From Lepidodermella squamata (Eukaryota > Animalia > Gastrotricha), in assembly GCA_047495785.1 (NCBI GenBank), contig JBLDXI010000025.1, positions 1,116,001 through 1,180,000 on the forward strand: a stretch of DNA of 64,000 bases. Direction: 5' to 3'. The position numbers and the translations under genes were made by a program. The stretch's first letter is position 1. Each line of letters starts with the position of its first letter. Positions 61,741 through 64,000 of the stretch are shown piece by piece. Under the pieces are notes generated by a model. The model worked only from the letters and a program-made list of their open reading frames with translations, did not search any database and was not told where the DNA came from.

Positions 61741-62577
61741 ACCAAAAATCGAAGATAGTGAGGTAAATAACCTGTGAGTGGGATACCATACTACTTAAGC
61801 TACCATGTTTCACAGCGCTTTTCAAATGCGTGATGACTTAAAGCTTGCTTTCTTTTGCTTCTATGGGAGCATTCTGACCTTATGAGCCCTGAGCTATTGA
61901 GCCCTCTGAGCCTTGTGACCTTTGTGAGATATGTGAACATTGGAAGGCATCAAAAACGTGAACTTGAAAAGTAAAATCCGCTTAGGAAATCGGTGGCTTG
62001 AATCCGCCACGGACCATCTCTCAGAGAAATTTGAATCCTCTCAACGGGAATAATGATGCGGATGCGAAAACAGCATTTTTATAAAATGGGAATATTCGAT
62101 AAAAATAGTAAATAGTAAAATAGTTTTCACTGCCAATTTATTTGTCCGAATGTAATATCATCCCACGAGGATTTCAAGGGAGTTGAAATGTGAAAACTGC
62201 GTAAAAAAATGTATCGTAGATAACGAAGACACTGTCTTCTTTTTTCAAAGGGTATTTCCAGAAAATTCAATTGCTCGCCTGCCAAGATCAATGCAAAACA
62301 TGCCTTAAATTCTTAGAATAGGTCTAACCCTGCCCTTTATTTCGGTCATACATTTTAATTCGGTATTAAGGTAGTAATAAAATGCGAGACCAAAAATATT
62401 GGCAAGCAATTTCCAAATAAGAAGCTAAAATTCAAAAAATCCTTGGAAATATTGAAAAAAATCGAGGCGTAAAACCATCACAATCTGTTTATTGAGCCTT
62501 ACTACACAAATCGAACAAACAAAACATAAAAATGAAAAACACAAATCGAATTACAGTTTTACACACAGGCTAGAGTT

Positions 62578-63560
62578 TCAGCGCTCATGTTTAACGACAA
62601 CGCCAGCCTTATCGCCCGCAGCCAGCAGCTCGCCATCGCCGTTTTTATTCGCAATCAGCGCCATGAACGCCTCAACCTCCTTCTCCATATCCGGCGCCGG
62701 CTCCGCGTCCTCCGCCTCCATCGCCTCTTCATCGTCACCACCTTCTTCGTCATCCTCCCCTTCCCCATCCTCGCCGGTCGCCGCGTAGAAAGCTTGTTCG
62801 TCCTCCTGCAGCCACGTCATCTGCTCCTGAGCGTCGTAAGCCGCCTCGCTCGCCGTAACGACAATCGACGCGAAAATGGACATGTCAGACGCGATCGACG
62901 CATCGCCCTCCAGGCCTAGCACATGCCGCCAGCCGCCGTGGGCTGTCACGCGGAGTAGCGTCTGCGCCGTGTAGGTGACTCGATCCATCTCTTCGAAGGT
63001 CAGCGCCTCGTGGGCGGAAATGCCGCTGCTGGACTGGCACGGGTCGGGGATGCCGGCGGCTCCGGGGAGGAAAATGCCGCCTGCTAGGAGTTGCAGACAG
63101 CGACGGAAGGCCGGGGCGAGACCGGGCGAGCTCCCAGTGCCGGGTTCTCCCGACCCGCTCGTAGCCGCAGTTCCAGCTTTCGCGCCAGAATTCAACGCAT
63201 GCTAAAAAAAGAACTCAGTAAGCTACGAAAACTGGTCACTGGAAAACACGAAAACTCATTTCCTTCTCAGAATTTTCCGATGAAAATGAGAAATTTATAG
63301 TTCTCAAATTAAGGTCCCTTTTCCAATTGTATGCGCTAAATCGTTTGTTGCCTTGGAAATAAGAAAATTCGATGCTTGGCTCACCTGTGCGAGCAGAAGC
63401 AGCATCCATGGGTTGAGGCCCTGCATGCCTGTGAAGCGGTGCCGCATGTCTCGCAGGATGCGGACTAGCGCTCGGACGCTGGCGTTGTTCGCATTCTCCT
63501 CAAACCACTTGACGTGGCGAACCGCGGCCAGGTGCTGCTCGACCAGCTCGCGAGTCGGCT
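62578..63560 (-). CDS. ILF2: Interleukin enhancer-binding factor 2 / NF45 (DZF domain), last two exons 63560-63385 and 63201-62578; 5' part outside the window
   Basis: RHVKWFEENANNASVRALVRILRDMRHRFTGMQGLNPW and AFRRCLQLLAGGIFLPGAAGIPDPC...YTAQTLLRVTAHGGWRHVLGLEGDAS...IVVTASEAAY plus an acidic tail match the NF45 C-terminus. GT-AG junctions are in frame. Confidence 0.92.
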
Positions 63561-64000
63561 CTACAATTAAATGGAGTCATTAAAAACAATATCAACTGTG
63601 ATTTGACATAAGATAAAATGTTAGCTTGCTCTGTGAGGCGCCTGGCTGGCTTTGCTTACGCGATTAATCAAAATAAATAAACGAAGTGCTCATTTGAAGG
63701 TAATTTCAAAGTTCAACTTTTTTCACGAATTTTCGGGGTTTTCCTGACTTAGTTGCTGTTATATGCGTTACATCAAACTGGCAACAAGATTGTTGATGAT
63801 GCCAACGTTTTTCTACTCGACATGAATCTCACACAGAACGAGAATGAGCAGACTGCTTTCGAAAGCATCAGGCAAGCTCGAAAACCATTGTGGAGCTTGT
63901 GCCGAGTTCACCGGTACGGATATGAAGTACGGATACGGATACGGCTATCAGTTGTATATCAGGCTAATGAATCGACAGATGCTGCTGGTGTTGCTCAAGG

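Noticed and set aside
1-64000. Prokaryotic interpretation (operons, CRISPR array, defence island)
   Set aside because: Consistent GT-AG introns, metazoan-type genes and no regularly spaced repeat-spacer array.

Overview
Eukaryotic genomic DNA, most likely an invertebrate animal: compact genes with 50-100 nt GT-AG introns, LDLa, neprilysin, PAN and ILF2 genes. The ORF track therefore splits most genes, and I reassembled exons by hand. From left to right the window holds a secreted GH9 cellulase with three CBM1 modules, a small secreted C-x9-C protein, a Penelope-type hammerhead/inverted-repeat remnant, an ankyrin-repeat gene, a secreted M13 peptidase, a secreted LDLa-repeat protein, a full-length ABCB (P-glycoprotein-type) transporter and a small secreted orphan. 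Next comes a large minus-strand locus whose 5' exons encode a ParB/sulfiredoxin-like domain, followed by low-complexity exons and a Cys-rich transmembrane tail. Then follow a tandem array of seven type II membrane glycosyltransferase-like paralogues (WKPYII / YxDSG / HRNDQS motifs) and a second C-x9-C secreted protein. A rearranged block holds five recently amplified secreted single-PAN/apple-domain genes, a frameshifted second M13 gene and several MITEs. The window ends with the 3' exons of ILF2/NF45. The best candidates for undescribed biology are the glycosyltransferase-like array, the apparently chimeric CBM1-GH9 cellulase, the ParB-like membrane protein and the PAN mini-protein amplicon. 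Family assignments come from remembered motifs; no database searches were run.
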